From sequence record CP033547.1: 64,000 nucleotides of DNA; one strand, given 5' to 3'. This document shows, in pieces, positions 1 through 10,124 of this stretch. The position numbers and the translations under genes are program-made. The notes under the pieces were generated by a model. It was not told where the DNA came from. It searched no databases and saw only the letters and a list, made by a program, of their open reading frames with translations. Source of the stretch: a plasmid. The first letter of the stretch is position 1. Every line of letters starts with the position of its first letter.

Positions 1-517
1 ACTCGAAAATTGTGATGTTCCTCAGAAAATTATTGTAGGAGTTTTATCAAATGGCTACAAATACTCTATAGATAATCATCGAACTTTTGTTTCTTCTGGA
101 GGGACTGCCGGATATAGTATTATTAATGTGCCTGAACATAGTCCATACTCAATTTATTATATACAAGCTCTTCTATCATCTAAGTATTTAGAATGGTTTG
201 CATCAGTTTATGGCGAAGTATTTAGAGGTGGATTTATTGCTCGTGGAACGAAAGTACAGACTCGTATGCCTATTCCTATAATTGATTTCGAAAATCAGTC
301 GGAAAAAGAGAAGCATGATCAGATAGCTAGTCTGCAAGCAAAAATGAATAAGCTATACACAGATCTTTCCAAAGCAGACAACCGTTCAAGAGTCACGTTA
401 AAAAGACAATTTGATGCTATGGTTTTAGAAATGAATGACCTGCTTAAAATTCTTTTCGACTTAGGTGATTTTGATAAAAATATACCAAATGTGAACGAAC
501 TATATAGCTCACTCTAA
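1..517 (+). CDS. 3' end of a restriction-modification family gene (TaqI/Eco57I-like C-terminal domain); the ORF is open to the window start
   Basis: No stop codon from position 2 in this frame. C-terminal FIARGTKVQTRMPIPII motif resembles the C-terminal target-recognition domain of gamma-class N6-adenine MTases / type IIG enzymes. Confidence 0.35.
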   Translation, partial: LENCDVPQKIIVGVLSNGYKYSIDNHRTFVSSGGTAGYSIINVPEHSPYSIYYIQALLSSKYLEWFASVYGEVFRGGFIARGTKVQTRMPIPIIDFENQSEKEKHDQIASLQAKMNKLYTDLSKADNRSRVTLKRQFDAMVLEMNDLLKILFDLGDFDKNIPNVNELYSSL

Positions 518-523
518 CAAAGA

Positions 524-556
524 AGTAGGGAGGAAATAAATTTCCTCCCTACTTCA
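524..556. terminator. Bidirectional rho-independent terminator hairpin (gtagggaggaaataaatttcctccctac) between convergent genes
   Basis: Perfect inverted repeat followed by a T-rich tract. Confidence 0.6.
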
Positions 557-617
557 TATTATATAAATTATCTGCCAATAGATAAATTTTAACTATACAA
601 CACGCAAATATGTAATT

Positions 618-2245
618 TTATTTACGCATACGACGATCACGCAATTTTTGCCAGATTTTCATAAGCTCTTCATTATCTTGTTTAGAGAACCCTAATTTAG
701 TGAAAATGGCTTCGCCTTGGTTTCTAATAACTTCCTCAACTTTTCCATCCTTTACTAATTGGTTCAGAGTATCAGGATCATGTTTATAATCATCAATTAC
801 AGGTATATATAGCTTCTCAATTTCAGAAGGAACAAGCTCCAACACACCTCCACCATAATATCTACCTTCTAATTCTGCTGTGATAGCAGTTAACGGGTTT
901 AAGAAGCTACAAACTAAATTTTCAGCATTTGTGAAACTAGATGTAATACGATAGGCCGTATCAGTCGTATAAGCTCCGACGCTATTCAAAATTAGTCTAG
1001 GGGCCTCATGACAGCGCTTTAGCATCCCAATCTCTGTACTATAAATTGATGGAACTTTATACCAAGGCTTTCGTATACGACACTTATACCGTTCATTGAG
1101 CTTTTCCTGCTCTCCAAGTTGTATATAATTCTGAACACTTAAAGGAAGTTCATTGTAATCAGATTCAATATACAAAAAGTTTGTTGGAAGGTTGTTTAAC
1201 TGGTTTGATTTATGCTGATTTTCATCATATAAAATACCTGGACAATGTTGGCTTTTACCAAACATTGGATGAGCATAAGCTGAAAGGTTGTATGTCTCTA
1301 CGGTTTCGTTGTCTACTAAGAAGAATTTATTAGCTCCAGTTACAATACCAACATCTACTGTAGCTATAGTTTTAAATTTGTGAACTGATTCATGACTAAT
1401 AATCTTATTAATTAATGAAATTTCACTTTTATTTAAGACTGCTTTAGTCCATTTACCCTCTACTGTTTCACCATTAATTCCTAATGTTTCATTGAATAAT
1501 ACCTCAGGACTTTTTTCCAAAAACTCAGAACCTTCGACACTAAGAATACCAACACCCTCAGATGGTATGCTGATATCGGTTTTTTTTCTCTGCCATGATA
1601 ATTACAGCACCTTGCAGAGTATTTTCAAACCAGATTTCTTTTGGATCTATGATCAATATCTTTGAACAAATTTCACCCATATAGCTACGCAAAGACTGAG
1701 CATGCATTACATTAATTATCTCAGATGGAATAACCATAGCCATACGCCCACCCTTGTTTAATAGAGCAAGCGTTGATAATAAGAAAGGAACCCAAGCATT
1801 CGTGTGTTTAGTAAATTTTTGATCTAGTTTTTTAAAAACAAGTTCTGCCTGTTCCTGAAATGACTTTTCTAAAAACTGATATCTAATGAAAGGAGGATTA
1901 CCTATAACTGCATCAAATAATTCAATTTTTTTTATCAAGTTGATCATTCGCCCATACTAAAAAATCGCCAGATGTAACACTAGCATTCTTGAATCCTAAT
2001 TCTGTACACAGGTTAGATGCTTTTTGAACTTCAGTATCAAGCAATTCAAAACATGACAGTTCTATATTTTTGTCACACTTGTTGTTGTGTAAAGCTTGAA
2101 TAAATACTCCATCACCACAACTTGGTTCAAGCACCGATTTAGGCTGCTTTTCCAATACCCATTTAGAAACAAAATCTGCCAAATTTTGAGGAGTATAATA
2201 ACCGCCACGTAATTTTTGAGTGGTCTGATCTACTTTAAATTTCAT
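618..2245 (-). CDS. N6-adenine DNA methyltransferase (Eco57I/TaqI-like gamma class), split into 3 ORFs by two frameshifts at T8 runs
   Basis: Motif [10 protein letters not shown] (ORF 1922..2245) and motif IV NPPF (ORF 1558..1947), followed by a C-terminal TRD-like region (618..1520). Frame breaks fall at the poly-T runs near 1580-1587 and 1925-1932. Confidence 0.65.
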
Positions 2246-2423
2246 TACGTTCCTTCAAAAAGCTTTTAATAAGTTCTGGCTTATTTTCCTCTATATGCTT
2301 ATGCGCTTTATCAGTGAACCAGTCTTTCAACGTTTGCTGTTTATGAGCTAAGATCGAGTAAAGAGCTTTCTTTAATTCGGGGTCTACTTCCAGAACTATA
2401 CGTCCTGATTCACCTTTTGCCAT
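2235..2423 (-). CDS. Small hypothetical protein upstream of the methyltransferase (possible regulator)
   Basis: 62-aa ORF with a start that overlaps the MTase gene. Confidence 0.3.
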   Translation of the reverse strand: MAKGESGRIVLEVDPELKKALYSILAHKQQTLKDWFTDKAHKHIEENKPELIKSFLKERNEI

Positions 2424-2774
2424 GATGTAACCTATATGATATCTGTTATGTTACATAGGTTACATAAATTTCATCTAAGGTAAAATATAATTTTAAGAGA
2501 ATTAAATTTAATTGATTGCTATTCAATCAATTATTTGTAGCTATATCTAAAAGTTTTTTTATTTAAAATAGCAACTCTTATCCGAAGCATGCATCTAGCT
2601 CACTATATAAATAACTCCTTTTAGAAGATCCTATTCATTTTATTTGAGCCGTTACAATACGTATTTAAGTTGTTATTAGAAAATTTTTTATGACCATTTA
2701 TCATTTTTATATTGTTTTTCCAATAATTTAAAGCTTAATATTTGATTTTGTCACAAAAATCAAAGAGGGCTTTT

Positions 2775-3357
2775 ATGAATGCAAAAACAAAAGGTGGTTA
2801 TAGGGAAGGTGCAGGAAGAAAAGACCATTTATGATGAACCGACTAAGACTATTCGTGTACCAGTATCGCGTATTGTAGAGATTAAAAATTTCTTAGCGGG
2901 CAATAAAAAGCCTACTTTCAATGATGTAGCTTCTATTACCTTAATTAATCCTACAACATTTAAACGTATTCCTTTGGCTTCTGAAAAAGTGGCCGCTGGT
3001 TTCCCCTCTCCCGCACAGGATTATATTGATAAAACTTTAGATATGAATGAACACCTTGTGAAAAATGAAGCTACAACATTTGTTGTCAAAGTTGCTTCTC
3101 TTTCCATGCGTGACGCAGGCATTGAAATTGATGATGAGCTTCTAGTGGATCGTAGTCTTGAAGCTAAACACGAAGATATTGTTATTGCCTTAATTGACAA
3201 TGAGTTCACCGTTAAACGGTTAATGGTTGAAGGTGATAAGTGTTGGCTTAAAGCTGAAAATCCAGATTATGACGACATTCACCTTAATGATTGCCAAGAA
3301 TTATTAATATGGGGTGTAGTGACCTTTGTCATTAAGCCATTTAGGAAACATAAATAA
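2775..3357 (+). CDS. umuD: UmuD-like SOS mutagenesis protein (S24 peptidase) with an N-terminal extension; probable frameshift near 2822
   Basis: AAGFPSPAQDY cleavage region, SMRDAGI serine motif and KRLM lysine motif. The alternative ATG at 2775 gives MNAKTKGGYREGAGRK, which matches the N-terminus of the umuD copy at 31783. Confidence 0.75.
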
Positions 3358-3381
3358 TCTAATCCTATTGGTCTAATCTAC

Positions 3382-3663
3382 ATGGAAAATCAAAATAAGA
3401 TCTTTGCTTTGGTAGACATTAATAACTGTTATGTAAGTTGTGAACGTGTCTTTAATCCAAGCCTGAATAATAAACCAGTAATCGTATTATCTAATAATGA
3501 CGGTTGTACTGTGGCTCGTTCACAAGAAGCTAAAGACTTAGGCATAAAGATGGGTGTACCTGTATTTCAACTCAAGGATCTTATAGAGCAGCACAACATT
3601 ACAGTCCTTTCGAGTAATTATGCTCTATATGGGGGTTCTAGGGATTTTTCCCCTCTAAAGTAA
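3382..3663 (+). pseudogene. umuC: umuC 5' fragment (Y-family polymerase N-terminus), truncated by a Tn3-family terminal repeat
   Basis: N-terminus (ALVDINNCYVSCERVFNP, VLSNNDGC) matches umuC at 56428. The reading frame ends where the repeat begins at 3634. Confidence 0.75.
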
Positions 3664-3676
3664 CATAAATCGCCAC
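3634..3676. repeat. Tn3-family terminal-repeat-like 43-bp sequence (GGGGTTCTAGGGATTTTTCCCCTCTAAAGTAAC...); copy 1
   Basis: Begins GGGG and contains TAAAG. A Tn3 tnpA 3' end sits directly inside it. A second direct copy lies at 4225..4267. Confidence 0.5.
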
Positions 3677-3720
3677 AACCCTCGCAGTTAATGGCTTGTG
3701 GAGCTGGGTTACCTTTCATT

Positions 3721-4197
3721 TTAGACTTCATTTTCAACAATAGGCCTAGTTATTTCCTGTAAATCAGGTAGTTTGCGGTTACTAGCGAACTGATAAGTGC
3801 CGCTCAGATTAATGTTCTGCCATGCAACGGGTGATACTTGTCGAGTTATTGCTGCTTTTTCCTCGTCACCAACTTCTTCAAAGTGCAGTAATAGATGACT
3901 TAGGATCATCGAGTTAAAGTAGATAATAGCATTTGCCGTCAAACGGGCACACTCGTTCCAGACGACTATTTCTGATTCGTTTTTTCCACGGAACTGGTCA
4001 CGATTGACCGATGCAATAGCTCGCCTGAGGAAATGCCAGGCTTCGCCTCGGTTCAGTGCTCGTTGAACATATTGGCGCAGACTTGCATCATCAATATAAT
4101 CAAGTAAATATTGGGCTTTGATGAGCCTATTATATTCCGTTAATGCTTGTAATATAGGGTGTCTAGATGGATAACCAGATAATTTGCGTACTAGCAA
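3721..4197 (-). pseudogene. tnpA: Tn3-family transposase C-terminal fragment
   Basis: 158-aa C-terminus typical of Tn3-family TnpA, ending close to the terminal repeat. Confidence 0.65.
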
Positions 4198-4224
4198 TGC
4201 CTGTGTTGTGCGTTTTTCTTGAAG

Positions 4225-4267
4225 GGGTTCTAGGGATTTTCCCCTCTAAAGTAACATAAATCGCCAT
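4225..4267. repeat. Second direct copy of the Tn3-family terminal-repeat-like sequence
   Basis: Identical to 3634..3676 apart from a one-T difference. Confidence 0.45.
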
Positions 4268-4358
4268 ACTCACCATATTTAAAGGCATACAAAGGTGGGT
4301 TACTTCTCCAAAGTATGGCAAATTATGAGGTTAACAACCCCTTAAACTTAATTTAATT

Positions 4359-5179
4359 GGCACTGTTGCAAATAGTCGGTGGTGATAAACTTATCATCCC
4401 CTTTTGCTGATGGAGCTGCACATGAACCCATTCAAAGGCCGGCATTTTCAGCGTGACATCATTCTGTGGGCCGTACGCTGGTACTGCAAATACGGCATCA
4501 GTTACCGTGAGCTGCAGGAGATGCTGGCTGAACGCGGAGTGAATGTCGATCACTCCACGATTTACCGCTGGGTTCAGCGTTATGCGCCTGAAATGGAAAA
4601 ACGGCTGCGCTGGTACTGGCGTAACCCTTCCGATCTTTGCCCGTGGCACATGGATGAAACCTACGTGAAGGTCAATGGCCGCTGGGCGTATCTGTACCGG
4701 GCCGTCGACAGCCGGGGCCGCACTGTCGATTTTTATCTCTCCTCCCGTCGTAACAGCAAAGCTGCATACCGGTTTCTGGGTAAAATCCTCAACAACGTGA
4801 AGAAGTGGCAGATCCCACGATTCATCAACACGGATAAAGCGCCCGCCTATGGTCGCGCGCTTGCTCTGCTCAAACGCGAAGGCCGGTGCCCGTCTGACGT
4901 TGAACACCGACAGATTAAGTACCGGAACAACGTGATTGAATGCGATCATGGCAAACTGAAACGGATAATCAACGCCACGCTGGGATTTAAATCCATGAAG
5001 ACGGCTTACGCCACCATCAAAGGTATTGAGGTGATGCGTGCACTACGCAAAGGCCAGGCCTCAGCATTTTATTATGGTGATCCCCCTGGGCGAAATGCGC
5101 CTGGTAAGCAGAGTTTTTGAAATGTAAGGCCTTTGAATAAGACAAAAGGCTGCCTCATCGCTAACTTTGCAACAGTGCC
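4359..5179 (+). mobile_element. IS26 (IS6 family), 821 bp, with a 1-bp C insertion relative to the copy at 17705
   Basis: 14-bp terminal IRs GGCACTGTTGCAAA at both ends. The Tnp26 protein sequence is recognised. Confidence 0.9.
4404..5120 (+). CDS. tnp26: IS26 transposase Tnp26 with a frameshifted C-terminus (extra C in the run at 5083-5087)
   Basis: Identical to the intact copy at 17757..18479 up to YYGDP. After that the sequence has GATCCCCCTGGG where the other copy has GATCCCCTGGG. Confidence 0.85.
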   Translation: MLMELHMNPFKGRHFQRDIILWAVRWYCKYGISYRELQEMLAERGVNVDHSTIYRWVQRYAPEMEKRLRWYWRNPSDLCPWHMDETYVKVNGRWAYLYRAVDSRGRTVDFYLSSRRNSKAAYRFLGKILNNVKKWQIPRFINTDKAPAYGRALALLKREGRCPSDVEHRQIKYRNNVIECDHGKLKRIINATLGFKSMKTAYATIKGIEVMRALRKGQASAFYYGDPPGRNAPGKQSF

Positions 5180-5492
5180 GAAAAATGGTATCAAAGTAGA
5201 TGGGAAACAAAACTATCAGTGCAAAGACTGTAAACGTCAGTTTATTGGTGATCATGCACTGAGCTATCTAGGATGTAAGTCAGGTATTACTCGTAAAATA
5301 TTACAGTTGATGGTCAGAGGCAGCGGTATACGAGATATTGCTGAAGTTGAGCGCATCAGTATCGGTAAAGTTTTACGTACTTTAACTGAATCAACCTATG
5401 AAATTCAGCCTCAGCAAAGTCATTATGAATCTCTCGAAGTAGATGAGTTCTGGAATTTTGTTGGAAATAAAAAGAATAAACAATGGCTTATT
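5180..5492 (+). mobile_element. ISAba3 (IS1 family) internal/3' fragment, joined to IS26 at the 8-bp junction GAAAAATG
   Basis: Identical to ISAba3 19657..19969 (tnp KNGIKVDGKQNYQCKDCKRQF...). Diverges after CAATGGCTTATTT. Confidence 0.8.
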
Positions 5493-5580
5493 TTTGTTCA
5501 AAAGTCATATTTTACCTCGGAGAAACCGGACATTTTTATTGGTGAGAATATAGACACTTTAAATGGGTTCTAACACTCTC

Positions 5581-6701
5581 TGTTATTCCAAAGTAGAAAT
5601 GTCCTATCTTAAAACCAAATAGAAATGTCCTATACAGACATTTCCAAGTCAAGCACAGGATTCAGATTTCGTTGTTGAATTGCTGTTTTCTGTGCACGTC
5701 TTTTTGGCATAGATTGAGAACGATTGCGTTTGTATTGCTGTTCCAATTCTTCATGCTGTTGTTGAATATGATTGAGAACAGCACCTAAACGTTTATTCTC
5801 AACAATCTCTCGCTGGTTAAGCTGACTTAATTTATCGAAGATGCTGTAATTGATTTTTCTTCCCTGATATTCAATTGCGACTGTACCATCCGGGTATTCT
5901 AGGAACTCAAGATACTTACCAATCAATCTTTGGTTTTCTTCCGTGTTTTCCAGGAGATATACGCATTTATCATAAGTAATCGTCAGGCTATTCGTGACTC
6001 TGCGGGGTTCACGCCAAGTAAAAACATCATCTAACTCCTCAGCAGTTTCAGTAACAGTCCGGTGTAAATCCTTGGGATTAAAAGCCATCTTGGCGAACTT
6101 CTGATTGAACTGCTCAATGAAGCAGGGTAGCCAGGCATTCGCTTGCTCAATCGAACAGATGCCTTCCAGGCGCATTTCTTTGATCAGACGGTCCTGGAAG
6201 CGTTCTATTGGCCCGTTCTACACGGCCTTTGGCCTGTGGTGAATTAGCGAAGATAATATCGATATTCAGGGTGCTGAGTACGCGCCCAAACTGGGTAATC
6301 TTGGTGTCTTTCTTACTGCTTTGATTCACCCTGAAGACTGAATGTTTATCGCTGTAAAATGCCAACGGCTTACCATGCTGCTCAATATACAAACGTGTTG
6401 AAATCATATAGTCAAAGGCTGATTCTGATTCACAGAAGCGTAAATGCTGCAATTTTCCTGTGGCATCATCGATAAATACCAGCAGACAGCATTTAGGGGC
6501 TCGACCTTCAAACCAGTCATGGTGTGAGCCATCGATTTGGATCAGTTCACCATAACAGTCCCGGTTATAACGAGGCTGATACGGGCGTTTCAGACGCTTG
6601 GCGCGAGGAATCCATAAATCGGCTGCAATCATCCAAGGAACGCAGTGTTTCCACTGAAATATCAAAGCCATGAACGGTGGTGAGCTTTTCATGCGCTAAA
6701 G
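5581..6701 (-). mobile_element. IS1202-group (ISNCY, ISAjo2-like) IS, divergent copy; 5' end truncated by the IS6-family insertion
   Basis: Left end TGTTATTCCAAAGTAGAAATGTCC. Tnp in two frames (5630..6175, 6147..6692), about 90% identical to the copies at 20394, 29911 and 36704. Confidence 0.75.
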
Positions 6702-7522
6702 GGCACTGTTGCAAATAGGCTGACATGATAAGCTAAATATCTTATTTATTTCGAGATACAGCAGATGAATCCCTTCCATGGTCGGCACTTTCAAGGTGAA
6801 ATCATTCTTTGGGCTGTTCGTTGGTATTGTAAATATGGCATCAGCTATCGTGAACTTCAAGAAATGCTCGCTGAACGGGGTGTGAATGTTGACCACACCA
6901 CAATTTATCGTTGGGTTCAGCGTTATGCTCCAGAAATGGAAAAACGCTTACGCTGGTATTGGCGTAATCCTACAGATTTACATTCATGGCATATGGATGA
7001 GACTTATATCAAAGTGAAGGGGCGATGGACTTACCTGTATCGTGCAGTTGATCAACGTGGTCATACGATTGACTTTTACCTTTCCGCTAGACGGAACAGT
7101 AAATCAGCCTATTGTTTTTTAGGAAAAATCTTCAATACGGTGAAAAAATGGCAAATTCCACGGGTCATCAATACAGATAAAGCAGCGACCTATGGCCATG
7201 CTTTATCACGGTTAAAGCGAGAAGGAAAATGTCCAGTAGATATTGAGCACAGGCAGATTAAGTATAAAAATAATGTCATTGAATGTGATCATGGTAAGTT
7301 AAAGCGGATCATCAGGGCCACATTAGGATTCAAATCTATGAAGACGGCTTATGCCACAATTAAAGGTATTGAAGTCATGCGTGCACTACGTAAAGGACAA
7401 GCATCGTCATTTTATTATGGTCAGCCTCAAGGTGAAGTGTGTCTAATCAACAGGGTTTTCGGTCTCTAAGCACTTTTAAAAAGGAACTTCATCGACTCAA
7501 ATCTCTATTTGCAACAGTGCCG
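6702..7522 (+). mobile_element. IS1006/IS1008-like IS6-family element (821 bp)
   Basis: Terminal IRs GGCACTGTTGCAAA / TTTGCAACAGTGCC. It interrupts both the IS1202-group copy and the first unit of the tandem array. Confidence 0.8.
6765..7469 (+). CDS. IS6-family transposase (IS1006/IS1008-like), 234 aa
   Basis: About 85% identical to Tnp26, with the characteristic MNPFHGRHFQGEIILWAVRWYCKYG start. Confidence 0.85.
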   Translation: MNPFHGRHFQGEIILWAVRWYCKYGISYRELQEMLAERGVNVDHTTIYRWVQRYAPEMEKRLRWYWRNPTDLHSWHMDETYIKVKGRWTYLYRAVDQRGHTIDFYLSARRNSKSAYCFLGKIFNTVKKWQIPRVINTDKAATYGHALSRLKREGKCPVDIEHRQIKYKNNVIECDHGKLKRIIRATLGFKSMKTAYATIKGIEVMRALRKGQASSFYYGQPQGEVCLINRVFGL

Positions 7523-9966
7523 GAATTTGTCCACTTATTCCAATGATGATGAGAACTGCAGCATTGACTTAGATCGCCAGTGCTCAGTACTGGCCATCAT
7601 GTAGCTTTTATCGCTTTAGCGCCTTAACTTATTTAAGTGGCGTAACTTGCATAACTTATGCATCCTATTTAAGTGATGTAAGTTATAGTATTCCGTGTCA
7701 GGAATCTGTCTACTTATCAGCGTCCGCGGAACTGCAGGATTTCTGGCTTTGTTGTTCGCAACGAGGGCTAATTCTGGAGTTCCGTATAAGGCATAATCAA
7801 TAACGACATCTCGGCTGATAATCAGCGCAGTAACTTTAGCCAATCTCGCTGCAATTTCCATGTCAGGAATTTGTCCACTTATTCCAATGATGATGAGAAC
7901 TGCAGCATTGACTTAGATCGCCAGTGCTCAGTACTGGCCATCATGTAGCTTTTATCGCTTTAGCGCCTTAACTTATTTAAGTGGCGTAACTTGCATAACT
8001 TATGCATCCTATTTAAGTGATGTAAGTTATAGTATTCCGTGTCAGGAATCTGTCTACTTATCAGCGTCCGCGGAACTGCAGGATTTCTGGTTTTGTTGTT
8101 CGCAACGAGGGCTAATTCTGGAGTTCCGTATAAGGCATAATCAATAACGACATCTCGGCTGATAATCAGCGCAGTAACTTTAGCCAATCTCGCTGCAATT
8201 TCCATGTCAGGAATTTGTCCACTTATTCCAATGATGATGAGAACTGCAGCATTGACTTAGATCGCCAGTGCTCAGTACTGGCCATCATGTAGCTTTTATC
8301 GCTTTAGCGCCTTAACTTATTTAAGTGGCGTAACTTGCATAACTTATGCATCCTATTTAAGTGATGTAAGTTATAGTATTCCGTGTCAGGAATCTGTCTA
8401 CTTATCAGCGTCCGCGGAACTGCAGGATTTCTGGCTTTGTTGTTCGCAACGAGGGCTAATTCTGGAGTTCCGTATAAGGCATAATCAATAACGACATCTC
8501 GGCTGATAATCAGCGCAGTAACTTTAGCCAATCTCGCTGCAATTTCCATGTCAGGAATTTGTCCACTTATTCCAATGATGATGAGAACTGCAGCATTGAC
8601 TTAGATCGCCAGTGCTCAGTACTGGCCATCATGTAGCTTTTATCGCTTTAGCGCCTTAACTTATTTAAGTGGCGTAACTTGCATAACTTATGCATCCTAT
8701 TTAAGTGATGTAAGTTATAGTATTCCGTGTCAGGAATCTGTCTACTTATCAGCGTCCGCGGAACTGCAGGATTTCTGGTTTTGTTGTTCGCAACGAGGGC
8801 TAATTCTGGAGTTCCGTATAAGGCATAATCAATAACGACATCTCGGCTGATAATCAGCGCAGTAACTTTAGCCAATCTCGCTGCAATTTCCATGTCAGGA
8901 ATTTGTCCACTTATTCCAATGATGATGAGAACTGCAGCATTGACTTAGATCGCCAGTGCTCAGTACTGGCCATCATGTAGCTTTTATCGCTTTAGCGCCT
9001 TAACTTATTTAAGTGGCGTAACTTGCATAACTTATGCATCCTATTTAAGTGATGTAAGTTATAGTATTCCGTGTCAGGAATCTGTCTACTTATCAGCGTC
9101 CGCGGAACTGCAGGATTTCTGGCTTTGTTGTTCGCAACGAGGGCTAATTCTGGAGTTCCGTATAAGGCATAATCAATAACGACATCTCGGCTGATAATCA
9201 GCGCAGTAACTTTAGCCAATCTCGCTGCAATTTCCATGTCAGGAATTTGTCCACTTATTCCAATGATGATGAGAACTGCAGCATTGACTTAGATCGCCAG
9301 TGCTCAGTACTGGCCATCATGTAGCTTTTATCGCTTTAGCGCCTTAACTTATTTAAGTGGCGTAACTTGCATAACTTATGTATCCTATTTAAGTGATGTA
9401 AGTTATAGTATTCCGTGTCAGGAATCTGTCTACTTATCAGCGTCCGCGGAACTGCAGGATTTCTGGTTTTGTTGTTCGCAACGAGGGCTAATTCTGGAGT
9501 TCCGTATAAGGCATAATCAATAACGACATCTCGGCTGATAATCAGCGCAGTAACTTTAGCCAATCTCGCTGCAATTTCCATGTCAGGAATTTGTCCACTT
9601 ATTCCAATGATGATGAGAACTGCAGCATTGACTTAGATCGCCAGTGCTCAGTACTGGCCATCATGTAGCTTTTATCGCTTTAGCGCCTTAACTTATTTAA
9701 GTGGCGTAACTTGCATAACTTATGCATCCTATTTAAGTGATGTAAGTTATAGTATTCCGTGTCAGGAATCTGTCTACTTATCAGCGTCCGCGGAACTGCA
9801 GGATTTCTGGCTTTGTTGTTCGCAACGAGGGCTAATTCTGGAGTTCCGTATAAGGCATAATCAATAACGACATCTCGGCTGATAATCAGCGCAGTAACTT
9901 TAGCCAATCTCGCTGCAATTTCCATGTCAGGAATTTGTCCACTTATTCCAATGATGATGAGAACTG
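7523..9966. repeat. Tandem array of about 7.1 copies of a 344-bp unit with a strictly alternating C/T polymorphism
   Basis: Period of 344 bp, as seen from the identical 81-aa ORFs at 7616, 7960 ... 9680. The variable base is at 7747+344n (C,T,C,T,C,T,C). There is one further SNP near 9381. The unit contains ATAAGTTAT/AACTTAT-type sub-repeats. Confidence 0.9.
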
Positions 9967-10124
9967 CAGCAATAAATTATAAAGGCAGGATAGGTGGTTA
10001 CTTAACCAGCATAAGTTATGTAACTTATGCTAATTCATATTAAAATCACATGAAAGCAATCTTAATTAAAAACTTAGTATGAGAGGGCGTGGTCTTTTGT
10101 TTAAAGTGACAATTAACTAAAGGG

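Noticed and set aside
5061-5255. ORFs spanning IS26 termini (5061..5255, 17548..17811) and the 5133..5573 ORF fusing the IS26 end to the ISAba3 fragment
   Set aside because: They cross IS boundaries. The real content is the ISAba3 transposase fragment plus IS26 end sequence.
7616-9925. Seven identical 81-aa ORFs (MEIAARLAKVTALIISRDVV...) in the tandem array
   Set aside because: They simply track the 344-bp repeat. In the solo inverted unit at 13007-13350 a 1-bp difference destroys the frame, so the frame is not conserved. There is no RBS or protein-family signal. They are treated as repeat artefacts rather than genes.
7523-9966. Possible CRISPR array
   Set aside because: The 344-bp repeat units are essentially identical, with no unique spacers. 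The period is far too long for CRISPR.
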